The translations under genes were made by a program, and so were the position numbers. A DNA stretch of 64,000 nt from an uncultured archaeon (lineage in GTDB: Archaea > Asgardarchaeota > Lokiarchaeia > Sigyniarchaeales > SOKP01), in NCBI GenBank assembly GCA_964493715.1, contig CAZBPC010000003.1, positions 1-64,000 on the forward strand, written 5' to 3'. Of the stretch, positions 1 through 9,693 are shown piece by piece (within the stretch, counting starts at the first letter, position 1; each line of letters begins with the position of its first letter). The notes beneath the pieces were generated by a model. The model searched no databases. It worked only from the letters and a program-made list of their open reading frames with translations, and was not told where the DNA came from.

Positions 1-2844
1 AAGAGAAATCTTGTAATTTTCGTAATTTGATGTCAGTAAAATTTCATCTTTTATTCCATTTGGCGTGATTACTCCAATTTTATGCTCGGTACGTACGGGA
101 TAAAACGATGCTAATGAATTAATGATATGAACATTTGCTTTTTGACCGGGTTCAAGTATTGATGATCCAGTTAAGTAATTTACATTAGTGAATATATCAT
201 CTGTTGTATCGTAATAAAAATTCTCTAAAACTGCAACATTTTCTCCCGTATTTTCAACTTCAAGATAGAGGTCCGCATGAGTGTCATCAACTTGAACTAC
301 CTTGCTATTTTCCCTATTAATACGAATTTTTTCCTCTTTTGCTTCCTTTACAAGTAAATTGCCCGTGCTATTAGAGAATATGTATGGCTTCCCTTCTAAA
401 GCAATGGATTCTGCATTAACCGTGATGCTAACAACGTCATTCTTATGAAATGTCGTTCCACCAGTTTTAAGATTAACCCATATCAAATCATCATCATTTG
501 CTCCAATTTTATTATCGCTTATACCTTTTCCAAGAGAATAGCTATAACTCACTCCATTAACTTTTACATCTGTAATCGTTAAATTTTTAGTTCCGGTATT
601 CTCAATTTTTAGAGTAGCATATCCACTATCAAATACTTCGGGATTAACTATTGAAAATGACGATTCCAATGCAGTGTAGTCCATTTTATATAATTTTACA
701 GTGCCCCAAGTTGAATTGTACACGGGTTTGAACACTTTAAAATCATAATTTCCATTTAAAGGAATATGTTGAGCCCATGTAAGTCCATTATCATCGGTTC
801 TGCTATTTATTGTATCTCTATAGTTCTTCTCAAGTTGATTCACCTGCTCTCCACTTGCAACTGGAGCAGTAGGAATCCCAGAAAACATGAGTTCTACGAT
901 CATGCTTTGAAACCAGGAATTTTCTGCTTTTTGGCTTGTTGAATTCCAATATTTTGCTTCATCAAATACGGAATTAGCTGCCCAATTATCTTCTTCTAAA
1001 CCCATCGCTTTATATGTTTCATAATGATCGTTACATATACGTAACATCCATGGCCACTTCCCTTCATCACCACCTAAAGCATTATACAAGTATCCGAAAT
1101 ATACCAACACGTAATCTGCTTTAAGGAGCTTGAAAATTTTAGCACTATATATTTCATTCGTTTGCGTTAAAGCCATTCCCGTGAGACCTATTCTTGTGCT
1201 ATTTAACGTAGCGTTATCATTCACGGTGGTCACGTTGCCAATAGGAGTCAGCCAGTACCCATAGTCCCACCACGAGACGACCACGGTATCTCCAGGTAAG
1301 TTTGTTTTCATCCATGTTAGACTTTCTTCCCAATCATGAAATTGTGCTCCCGGAGAGATTTGACTATAAGCAAGATCATTTGTTGCTATATTTGCAGCAT
1401 GAGATACTTGAGCAAATAGCATCAAACCTACAATAAAGTAGACTAATCCTATTTCAAATTTGCCAACTGTTGCTTTTATTTGTCGCTTTCTTTTGCGGCT
1501 TAGTATGCGTTTTTCATCAAAAAAGCTTCCGTAAATTTTCAATACATTACTTAATCCGTATGCAGCTACTAAAGAAGCGACTGGAGCAAAAAGAAGAATA
1601 ATACGAATCATACTACCTGTAAAGTAGAATATTGTCATTAGGAACACTAATAAGAATATATCTATGTAATTAGATCTTTTAAACGCAAAGAAGACTCCTA
1701 ATGGAAGTAGCATCAAGGGTATTAAAGTATTGTAGTAGAAAACACTCCAAGCACTTGGCGCATGTTCGGCAACTGATGCAACAAGGTTAATTTGTTCCCG
1801 AAGTAAGGGACTCAAGATACTTAATAACCTTTGTCCTAATCCTAATGGAATAAAATCTGGATTAATCCACAGAAGTATTGCAATTACAACGCTACCAGGT
1901 ATTACTATCCATTTGATCGTAGTTAAAATTCTGCTATAAAGTTGAGGTTTATCAGTTTTAGCTCGATATATTAAGTGGAAAACTACAAGAAGCAATGAAA
2001 AGAAAAATATTCCCCCAACATCTAAGCTTGAGATTAAATCCTCAAATCGAAAATTGATATAAAGTGAAAATATGAGTAAGCCTGTACCTATAGTTCCACT
2101 ATATGCAATTAAAACTTTGGGGTCATACTTACCGGCCAAGACAATAATTGCTGTTATTAGTGGAAGTACATAAAAGACAAAATTATATCCTCCCCAACTG
2201 AGAGATAAATAACCTAAGAATACTCCTCCTAATATAGCGTGGGTAATTCTTCCTGTTCGGATGGTCTTAATAAAAAAGTAAAAAGTCATTATGGTACCAA
2301 ACACTCCAATAGTTTCGTTATCAAAAAATCCCGCGGTAGTTCTTTGCATAAAGCCTACATTAAATGCCATAAAGAAGGCAAATAATAATCCACATTTCTT
2401 ATCTAATACTTCTTTTCCTAATAAGTAAGAAGCAAGTACGGTTATTCCTCCCATCACTGCAGGAAAATAAAAACATACATTATAAAGAGTGATTGGGATG
2501 CCAATAGCATTGAAAAAATTATAAACGGCAACAACGGTGAAAGTAAGACCAGGTCTTAAATTAGCTCTATAAATACCTGTGGGAAACCAACTTTTAAAAT
2601 CATACCAATTAAAGTATTGATAAATGGTATGATTTGATAGATAATCTGCATTGTAAAGTTGGATCCAAGGGTCAAAAGCTTTAATAAGGTAATTGTTTGC
2701 TGCAACAGGAGATAATCTAACAACGATAGCTACAATAACCACTAGTCCTAATGCTATTAAAAATAGTAGGTTTTGTCGTTTAATTGTTAAACCAGATCTA
2801 ACACGATCTCGGAAATTTTGAAGAGAATTAGTGAATTTGCTCAT
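1..2844 (-). CDS. aglB: Oligosaccharyltransferase AglB/STT3 (C-terminus runs off the left edge of the window)
   Basis: Not in the ORF track. Manual translation from ATG at 2844 gives MSKFTNSLQNF...LIKAFDPW, many TM segments, SVAEH and VVSWWDYGYW (WW at about 1272, in frame). Confidence 0.93.
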   Translation of the reverse strand, partial: MSKFTNSLQNFRDRVRSGLTIKRQNLLFLIALGLVVIVAIVVRLSPVAANNYLIKAFDPWIQLYNADYLSNHTIYQYFNWYDFKSWFPTGIYRANLRPGLTFTVVAVYNFFNAIGIPITLYNVCFYFPAVMGGITVLASYLLGKEVLDKKCGLLFAFFMAFNVGFMQRTTAGFFDNETIGVFGTIMTFYFFIKTIRTGRITHAILGGVFLGYLSLSWGGYNFVFYVLPLITAIIVLAGKYDPKVLIAYSGTIGTGLLIFSLYINFRFEDLISSLDVGGIFFFSLLLVVFHLIYRAKTDKPQLYSRILTTIKWIVIPGSVVIAILLWINPDFIPLGLGQRLLSILSPLLREQINLVASVAEHAPSAWSVFYYNTLIPLMLLPLGVFFAFKRSNYIDIFLLVFLMTIFYFTGSMIRIILLFAPVASLVAAYGLSNVLKIYGSFFDEKRILSRKRKRQIKATVGKFEIGLVYFIVGLMLFAQVSHAANIATNDLAYSQISPGAQFHDWEESLTWMKTNLPGDTVVVSWWDYGYWLTPIGNVTTVNDNATLNSTRIGLTGMALTQTNEIYSAKIFKLLKADYVLVYFGYLYNALGGDEGKWPWMLRICNDHYETYKAMGLEEDNWAANSVFDEAKYWNSTSQKAENSWFQSMIVELMFSGIPTAPVASGEQVNQLEKNYRDTINSRTDDNGLTWAQHIPLNGNYDFKVFKPVYNSTWGTVKLYKMDYTALESSFSIVNPEVFDSGYATLKIENTGTKNLTITDVKVNGVSYSYSLGKGISDNKIGANDDDLIWVNLKTGGTTFHKNDVVSITVNAESIALEGKPYIFSNSTGNLLVKEAKEEKIRINRENSKVVQVDDTHADLYLEVENTGENVAVLENFYYDTTDDIFTNVNYLTGSSILEPGQKANVHIINSLASFYPVRTEHKIGVITPNGIKDEILLTSNYENYKISL

Positions 2845-3002
2845 GAATCTTTTTCCTTTTAGTGTAATTTTAAATTATTTAATAAAATTCTGATTAGAGT
2901 TTAGAATATAAAAATTTCCCTAAAATTAAAAGATTATTTTTTAATTAATGAAAGCGTCTTGATATCATAACAAATACACAATAAAAGGTAAGAAAATCTG
3001 TT

Positions 3003-3833
3003 ATGAGTGAAACAAGATACTTATTTAAATTTTTTTATGTTGGTGAGAATTATTATGGTTCTCAAAGACAAATAAATCATATTACTATTGAAGAATGCAT
3101 AATTGATGCATTATTGAAAAAAAAATACATGATAGATGTCAGAAACTCAGGATTTGAAGTTGCCAGTCGAACAGATAGGCATGTATCCGCAAGAGGGGCT
3201 GCATTTTCTTTCATCACAAAAAAACCTCCTATTTTAATGGAGATTAATTCAGTTTTACCTAAGGATATAGGGGTATGGGCACATGTAAAAGTTCCACAAG
3301 ATTTTTTATCTCGTTTTAATGCAGAACATCGTCATTATAAATATATTCTTCCAATGTATCCTAATGATTCAAACATGGATTTAGAAATAATGAGAAAAGC
3401 GTGTAAGGAGCTTGAGGGAAGACATGATTTCGCAAATTTCTTCAAAAAGGAGAATGATGAAGTCAACACATTAAGAGACTTAATGGTTGCTCGATTTGAA
3501 AAACGTGAGAGCTTTTTAATTTTTGATTTTAAAAGCAAGGCATTTTTAAGACAGCAGATTAGGAGAATGATGGCAAAAATCCTTGAATTAGGGAAAAATC
3601 AGATCTCTTACGATGACTTTCTGCGACTTTTTAATCCATCTGAAGAAATTTCTTATGAACCCGCTAAAGCTAATGGCTTAATATTATGGGATGTAAATTA
3701 TGGACAAAATTTGACATTTGAAATCGATAAAAAATCAGTAGAACGAATGAAAACTTATTTATTGCAACGTTACAGAGATCTATTTTTGAAATCGGGATTA
3801 ATTCACATCATGGAGCAAGACGATCTTAGCTAA
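3003..3833 (+). CDS. truA: tRNA pseudouridine(38-40) synthase TruA
   Basis: YxGxxYxGSQxQ, ASRTDRHVSA (catalytic Asp), GRHDFANF, FLRQQIRRM. Confidence 0.92.
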   Translation: MSETRYLFKFFYVGENYYGSQRQINHITIEECIIDALLKKKYMIDVRNSGFEVASRTDRHVSARGAAFSFITKKPPILMEINSVLPKDIGVWAHVKVPQDFLSRFNAEHRHYKYILPMYPNDSNMDLEIMRKACKELEGRHDFANFFKKENDEVNTLRDLMVARFEKRESFLIFDFKSKAFLRQQIRRMMAKILELGKNQISYDDFLRLFNPSEEISYEPAKANGLILWDVNYGQNLTFEIDKKSVERMKTYLLQRYRDLFLKSGLIHIMEQDDLS

Positions 3834-4772
3834 TAATGCTTTAAGTTGGATCTCTTCTGTCGCTCCCTGACTTAACCGATATTCAAATTCCGCAAGGAGT
3901 TTTGAAAGCTCTATCTTTTTAATTTCGGAAATTTTGAGATCATATAACTCTCGATAGATATTTTTGATAATATTGATTCCAGAGAGCCCATATTCATTCA
4001 TGATGTCATCTAACAGTTTAATTGATAATTGTAATTGTCCTTCTAAAGCTGCTTTTAGTATGTTTGTAGTTTTATCAGATGGAACTTCTCCTGCTACTCT
4101 AAATACTATTTCTTGATCAATTTCTTTAGATATTGTTCCGCATGACTGCAAATAATTAATTGCTCTTCGACAATCTCCATGAGATACTTGGACTAATGAG
4201 GATAACCCATCTGGAGTTAGGGATATATTTTCTTGTAAAGCGACATATTTTACTCTTTCTTTAATATCTTCTTGATTTAAGGATGAAAACCGAAAAACTA
4301 CGCATCGAGATTGAATGGGAGGGATAATTTTATTTGAATAATTGCATATTAATATCATGCGACAATTTTTTGTATACTTTTCCATTGTTCTTCTTAAAGC
4401 TTGTTGCGCGTTCGATGTCATATTATCTGCTTCATCTAGTATAAGGATTTTAAAAGGAATGTCTAATGGAGGTTTTGACTTCGCAAAATCCTTAATATAT
4501 GTCCTGATGACGTTAATTCCCCTCGCATCACTAGCATTTAATTCAAGATAAGTAATATTTACAGCCATTTTTTTTTTATAAATTTCTCTAACCATGGCTA
4601 ATGCTGATGTTGTCTTACCCGTCCCCGCGGGACCTGCAAAGATCAGATGGGGCATTGATTTGTCTTTGACAAATTGTTTCAATCTTTCCATTATTCCTTT
4701 TTGATTTGTAACTTCATCAAGTGTGCGGGGTCGATATTTTTCAACCCAAGGTCTGTTTTTGATGGATGACAT
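3798..4772 (-). CDS. rfcS: Replication factor C small subunit
   Basis: PWVEKYRP, GPAGTGKT, ELNASDARG, LDEAD, IQSRC. Confidence 0.97.
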   Translation of the reverse strand: MSSIKNRPWVEKYRPRTLDEVTNQKGIMERLKQFVKDKSMPHLIFAGPAGTGKTTSALAMVREIYKKKMAVNITYLELNASDARGINVIRTYIKDFAKSKPPLDIPFKILILDEADNMTSNAQQALRRTMEKYTKNCRMILICNYSNKIIPPIQSRCVVFRFSSLNQEDIKERVKYVALQENISLTPDGLSSLVQVSHGDCRRAINYLQSCGTISKEIDQEIVFRVAGEVPSDKTTNILKAALEGQLQLSIKLLDDIMNEYGLSGINIIKNIYRELYDLKISEIKKIELSKLLAEFEYRLSQGATEEIQLKALLAKIVLLHDVN

Positions 4773-4890
4773 AGTAATGTGGAATAACTAAATAGAATTG
4801 AAGATTTATTATATTATATAATTAACTCTCTTAAGAAATAAAATTTCTTTATTTTTCAAATTTCATAAAACTGAATATTTGGAGATTAAC

Positions 4891-6198
4891 ATGACAGATT
4901 TTAAAATTTCAAAAATTAAATCGCGATGGATATTAGATTCACGAGGTAATCCAACTGTAGAAACGGATATTTTTGCTGGAGATATTTTTATGCGCGCAGC
5001 TGTACCATCTGGGGCATCTACCGGCGTTTTAGAAGCATTAGAATTGAGAGATGGAGGAAGTGCATTTTTAGGAAAGCACGTAACAAAAGCGGTTGCAAAT
5101 GTAAATGAGATCATAGCAAAAAAATTAATAGGTTTTGATGTACGTGAACAAGAGAAAATTGATTTAGAAATGATTAATATTGATGGTACCGAAAATAAAA
5201 GTAAGTTGGGAGCCAATGCAATCTTATCAGTTTCACTTGCATCGTCAAAATTAGCTGCTCGACTTCTTGATAAACCCTTGTTTAAATACCTATATGATTT
5301 GAGCCATAGCCAGTCAAGAAATGATTATCTATTACCTATACCTTGTTGTAATATAATAAACGGCGGAGAACATGCAGGGAACAATTTATCGATACAGGAA
5401 TTTATGATTCTACCCATTGGTGCAAAATCTTTTTCACAAGCAATGCAAAATGTTTCCGAAGTTTATCATAATTTAAAAAGCATTTTAATGGAAAAATATG
5501 GAAAAACAGCAGTTAATGTTGGTGATGAGGGAGGTTTTGCACCAAATTTATCAAGTACAAAGGAAGCTATTGAAGTAATTGTTGAAGCAATTGAAAGTTC
5601 AGGGTTTTTAATGAATACGGATTTTGTTTTAGGAATGGATGCAGCTGCAAGTGAATTTTATGATGGGAATATCTATGATATAGATGGAAAAAAATTGAAC
5701 GAAACCGAACTTCTACAATATTACTTAGATATGATAGATGACTTTCCTTATATTAAATCTATCGAAGATCCTTTCAGTCAACAATCATTTCGTGGATTCT
5801 CTAATTTAACCGCAAAAATAGATAAATCAATTCAAATTGTTGATGATGATTTGACTGTTACAAATATTAATATACTCCAAAAAGCAATTCTTAAAAATGC
5901 TGGAAACGCACTTTTACTAAAAGTTAATCAAATTGGTAGTTTGACTGAAGCTATAAAAGCTTGTAAAATGGCTTTTGATCATAAATTTAATGTAATGGTT
6001 TCTCATCGTTCTGGAGAAACAGAAGATCCATTTATAGCGGATCTGGTGGTGGGATTATGCACTGGTCAAATTAAAAGTGGAGCACCATGCAGGAGTGAGA
6101 GAACCAGTAAATATAATCAATTGTTACGTATAGAAGAGCTTTTAGGCGATAACGCAAGTTATACAGGATCTCTTGATTCATGGAAAAATTATCAATAA
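4891..6198 (+). CDS. eno: Enolase
   Basis: DSRGNPTVE, PSGASTG, GDEGGFAP, SHRSGET. Start placed at ATG 4891, 6 nt after GGAG. Confidence 0.97.
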   Translation: MTDFKISKIKSRWILDSRGNPTVETDIFAGDIFMRAAVPSGASTGVLEALELRDGGSAFLGKHVTKAVANVNEIIAKKLIGFDVREQEKIDLEMINIDGTENKSKLGANAILSVSLASSKLAARLLDKPLFKYLYDLSHSQSRNDYLLPIPCCNIINGGEHAGNNLSIQEFMILPIGAKSFSQAMQNVSEVYHNLKSILMEKYGKTAVNVGDEGGFAPNLSSTKEAIEVIVEAIESSGFLMNTDFVLGMDAAASEFYDGNIYDIDGKKLNETELLQYYLDMIDDFPYIKSIEDPFSQQSFRGFSNLTAKIDKSIQIVDDDLTVTNINILQKAILKNAGNALLLKVNQIGSLTEAIKACKMAFDHKFNVMVSHRSGETEDPFIADLVVGLCTGQIKSGAPCRSERTSKYNQLLRIEELLGDNASYTGSLDSWKNYQ

Positions 6199-6213
6199 AT
6201 TTATTTTCTATCT

Positions 6214-6852
6214 TTATTTTTTTGTAATTCGATATATTTTAACCTTGATGTCCTTCTTTTTTTGACTGTGAAAGGGAAACGTTTTTTCTAATCTCATTTT
6301 AAACGGATACGTGTAATTAATTTTCCAACCATTTTTAGCTATGAATTTTGAGAGAAAATCGTGCACTTTTTCATTATGCAGATGAATTGTGTAAATGATA
6401 TCTGAAAAATTAAAAGCTTTTAAAAGGAATGCCCTATCTGCAGTTCTCTTTTGCACACCAAATGGAGGATTCATGATCGTAGTGATTTTTAGAGAATCCG
6501 GTAGATTAATCTTACTAAATTCAAAATTGGATACATTCGTACAGATCGGATTAATGAGCTGATTCAAACCAAGATTATTTATATTTTGTTTAAAAATCTT
6601 GATTGCAGACCAATCAAAATCAATACCAATTACTTGATTTGCACGGAGATATACGCTTGCAATTGATAATCTTCCCGTGCCTGAACCTAAATCAATAATT
6701 AAATTATTACAAATGTCGTTAAATTCTAATCCCGCAAAATAGATAATATCAGCAGCACTTATCGCATCGATCGTATATTGCTCATATTCAACTTTTGGGT
6801 TTGAAAATGGTGCCGTCGATTGAATTATCGAAATTAATTCTTTTTTATTAAT
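6214..6852 (-). CDS. METTL5-family RNA adenine N6-methyltransferase; probable ATT start
   Basis: The frame stays open about 95 codons upstream of the track ORF: FSNPKVEYEQY, IDLGSGTGRL (SAM motif), then NPPFG. Confidence 0.85.
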   Translation of the reverse strand: MNKKELISIIQSTAPFSNPKVEYEQYTIDAISAADIIYFAGLEFNDICNNLIIDLGSGTGRLSIASVYLRANQVIGIDFDWSAIKIFKQNINNLGLNQLINPICTNVSNFEFSKINLPDSLKITTIMNPPFGVQKRTADRAFLLKAFNFSDIIYTIHLHNEKVHDFLSKFIAKNGWKINYTYPFKMRLEKTFPFHSQKKKDIKVKIYRITKK

Positions 6853-6966
6853 ACCAATCTCCTAAAAAACTCGCTCTGGTTTAATCTCATGAAACATAAT
6901 GAATAAATTTATTTGTTTTATAACCATAATTATAATGAGATAAATAGAAAAAAATTGCTTTTTATC

Positions 6967-7563
6967 ATGAAAGAATCAATTAAAACAAACGAAATTGTGT
7001 TTGCTGGTCAATACTTAGGAGTGGTAGAAGAGTATTTACCAGATAAAAATTCGACTTATATCAAAGATGGAAATATCTATGCTACCAAATCCGGAATACT
7101 CTCAATAGATAAAAATAAAAGAGAAATTGAGATAAAGAGTCATCAAGATAAGGATAGAAAAGTCGTTGAGGTTGGAGACATAGTCATTGGAACAATACTG
7201 TTCTTAAGACAATATTCAGTGGGACTTGATTTTCAAGCTATAAATCAAAAGCTTCATTTTAATAGTTCCTATTTCGGTAATATTCACGTTTCTCAAATTT
7301 CTAACAAATATGTTGAAAAAATAGCTGATGCTTTTCAAATCACTGATATTGTGCGAGCAAAAGTACTCGAGCAAGAACAAAATGAATATAAATTAAGTAC
7401 ATCTGGTAACAACTTGGGGGTTATCCATGCAGATTGTAGTATTTGCGGGACACCATTGGAAAGCATAGGATTTAACAAGTTGAGATGTAACAGGTGTGGT
7501 AATCTTGAATTTAGAAAACTTGCTTCAGATTATCGGAATGTCTCTGAAAAACTTAGATATTAA
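6967..7563 (+). CDS. csl4: Exosome RNA-binding protein Csl4
   Basis: N-terminal GQYLGVVEEY, S1 domain (DIVRAKV), LGVIHADCSIC...CNRCGNLEFRKLA zinc ribbon. Confidence 0.9.
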   Translation: MKESIKTNEIVFAGQYLGVVEEYLPDKNSTYIKDGNIYATKSGILSIDKNKREIEIKSHQDKDRKVVEVGDIVIGTILFLRQYSVGLDFQAINQKLHFNSSYFGNIHVSQISNKYVEKIADAFQITDIVRAKVLEQEQNEYKLSTSGNNLGVIHADCSICGTPLESIGFNKLRCNRCGNLEFRKLASDYRNVSEKLRY

Positions 7564-7618
7564 ATTATATTTTTTTCCATTCCAATCAAAATCATATTAA
7601 AATTTAAGAGACCTAAAT

Positions 7619-7846
7619 ATGGCAAGAAAGGGCGGGCGAAAAGTTCTTCATTTCTATAATTCAAGCGGAGAAATAGAGAATATCATACAATTTCTCCAAG
7701 AAATCCAAAAAAAAATTAATTATCTTACCTTAAACTGTTTAGTTGAGGGAAAATCGGTTAAAATCACGATATTTGGACCACGTGATCTTCAATTTCTAGC
7801 TACGGAACGATTAAGAGAATTGGCGAATCGTTATCTGGCTTCTTGA
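7619..7846 (+). CDS. Small conserved protein, possibly DUF2067-like
   Basis: 75 aa alpha/beta protein in the csl4-rpoL slot where such a gene is common in archaea. Confidence 0.5.
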   Translation: MARKGGRKVLHFYNSSGEIENIIQFLQEIQKKINYLTLNCLVEGKSVKITIFGPRDLQFLATERLRELANRYLAS

Positions 7847-7938
7847 AGGATCCGAGCCACTCAGAGAATTAGAAACCATAAAACATTTATTTTAAATAAT
7901 ATTAGATTAATTAACTCTCAATAATAGGTGTAATGTAA

Positions 7939-8358
7939 ATGGCTAAAAAACCTGCTAAAGAAGAAGATCTTGACGATACAATCGAATTACCTCCAAAAAT
8001 TTCTGAAGATGATGATGATGACGAATATTCAGACGAAGAAGAAGACTATGATGAAGAAATAATTGAGAAAAAGGATTATAAACATCTAAAACTTGAACTA
8101 ACCAAGGGATTGAACGAAAATGATCATATTTTATTAATAGAGGGTCAATCACATGGCTTCTGTAACGCGTTAGTAAAACAATTACTCCCTCTAAAAGGAG
8201 TGACTTCAGCAGCATATAGAATCACTACAATAAAACCCCCAGAAATATTTATTCGATTAGAAGAAGGATATAAAATTACAGATATCTTATTTGAAGCGAT
8301 AGAGTCTCTAAGAAGAGAGACTCAAGAAGTAGAGGAAATTTTTAAAAAATTAATGTAA
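7939..8358 (+). CDS. rpoL: RNA polymerase subunit Rpo11 (RpoL) with acidic N-terminal extension
   Basis: IEGQSHGFCNAL...GVTSAAYRI matches Rpo11; located downstream of csl4. Confidence 0.82.
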   Translation: MAKKPAKEEDLDDTIELPPKISEDDDDDEYSDEEEDYDEEIIEKKDYKHLKLELTKGLNENDHILLIEGQSHGFCNALVKQLLPLKGVTSAAYRITTIKPPEIFIRLEEGYKITDILFEAIESLRRETQEVEEIFKKLM

Positions 8359-8403
8359 TTTACTCATATTTTCTATCCATTTAGAAATAAATAACTGATT
8401 TTA

Positions 8404-8856
8404 ATGACGTTTAACTTCCTACTTGATGATCTAAACCAAAATTTATCCCAAAAAACGATTGGGACGGATAAAGGTTTAGCGAAGTTGGGAGATAGTATCG
8501 TTAACCTTGCATATTCCATGGCAAAATCAATATATTTAACACGCAATAATCAAAACAATAGAATTATTCGGACGGGTAATAAAGTTAGTAAAACAATCCT
8601 CGCTGAAGCATTAAAAAATGCAGAGTTAAAACCTTTTGCAAAAAATAGGGGGGATGCACATGACATGGCAGATACCGTTGAAGGAATAGTCGCATATGTC
8701 TGGTTAAGTAATAAAATGAGTCTTGATGAGATTATAGAAGTATTATGGAAATCTTTATCAGGAGATTTTTCAAATAGAACCCAAGAAATTGATATTGCAA
8801 GGAACGCATTTACTAATCTATTAAATGTAATGAAAAAATTTCTGCCCGATCATTAA
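8404..8856 (+). CDS. Archaeal ribonuclease III-family (mini-III-like) protein
   Basis: LAKLGDSIVN and ADTVEGIVAYVW RNase III signature elements. Confidence 0.8.
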   Translation: MTFNFLLDDLNQNLSQKTIGTDKGLAKLGDSIVNLAYSMAKSIYLTRNNQNNRIIRTGNKVSKTILAEALKNAELKPFAKNRGDAHDMADTVEGIVAYVWLSNKMSLDEIIEVLWKSLSGDFSNRTQEIDIARNAFTNLLNVMKKFLPDH

Positions 8857-8918
8857 TTAAACTTAAATCGAGTGGATTTTAAACAAAAGGTTTGAAATTG
8901 GTGAAGTGATAGTAGAGC

Positions 8919-9413
8919 TTAGTCCATTTCAGTTTCATACTCTAAAATCTCTTTCATTCTCTGTCTCAATTCTGGACGAATAGCCGACATTCCATACGTT
9001 TTTACGCCGCCTAATTTTTTCTGAACTTCTTTTGCTGATAGAGCACCGGGGAGATCTTGTTTATTGGCTATTGCAATTATTTTCGTGCCAATACTCCGCA
9101 TAAACCTGTCATATATTTCTCTAGTTTTCTCTAAGTTTTTGTCTGTAGAATCACATACCAAAACAGCTAAACCCGCTCCTCGTAAAAAATCTTGCCACAT
9201 GAATTTAAATCGTTCTTGCCCAGCTAAATCCCAAATTGAACAGTTCGTGCCATTCAATACGGAGTCTTCAACTTCAAGACCTACAGTAGGAACACGTTTT
9301 TCTAATACTTCTCGTCCTTGAAGGAGAGATAATAGGGAAGTCTTTCCTACTCCCCCTTCACCAATCAAACAAATCTTCGACTTTGATGTGAGAACTTTCA
9401 ACAACCCTTCCAA
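8919..9413 (-). CDS. Small GTPase, Arf-like
   Basis: GEGGVGKT, PTVGLEVE, WDLAGQ, NKQD, SAI. Confidence 0.92.
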   Translation of the reverse strand: MEGLLKVLTSKSKICLIGEGGVGKTSLLSLLQGREVLEKRVPTVGLEVEDSVLNGTNCSIWDLAGQERFKFMWQDFLRGAGLAVLVCDSTDKNLEKTREIYDRFMRSIGTKIIAIANKQDLPGALSAKEVQKKLGGVKTYGMSAIRPELRQRMKEILEYETEMD

Positions 9414-9693
9414 GGTAAAAATGTCGTTAAATAGAAAAAGAAGTTCACTCTACTAAAATTGAAATAATATTAGCATGTCACGAGGATGTTATGATCCTTT
9501 TATCAGTAGAACCTCAAATTTCCAACATGAAAATTCATCTAAAAAAGAGGGATGATAAAAAATCTTTAACAATTCCTACACATACAGTTCGCCCGGCCGC
9601 CTCATCTCCTCATCTAAAGAAGATTGAGTTAAAAAATTGAAAATGGATAATATTATAAAAATAGTGAAATAAAAAAATATACGATTTAAATCT

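Noticed and set aside
9566-9613. Minus-strand mini-ORF MRR*GGRANCMCRNC as a possible selenopeptide with a downstream AUGA...AAA...UGA SECIS
   Set aside because: The helix expected above the putative SECIS core does not pair, and the peptide resembles no selenoprotein I know.
9414-9693. tRNA, SRP RNA or RNase P RNA downstream of tuf
   Set aside because: No cloverleaf, SRP helix-8 motif or RNase P P4 signature is visible.
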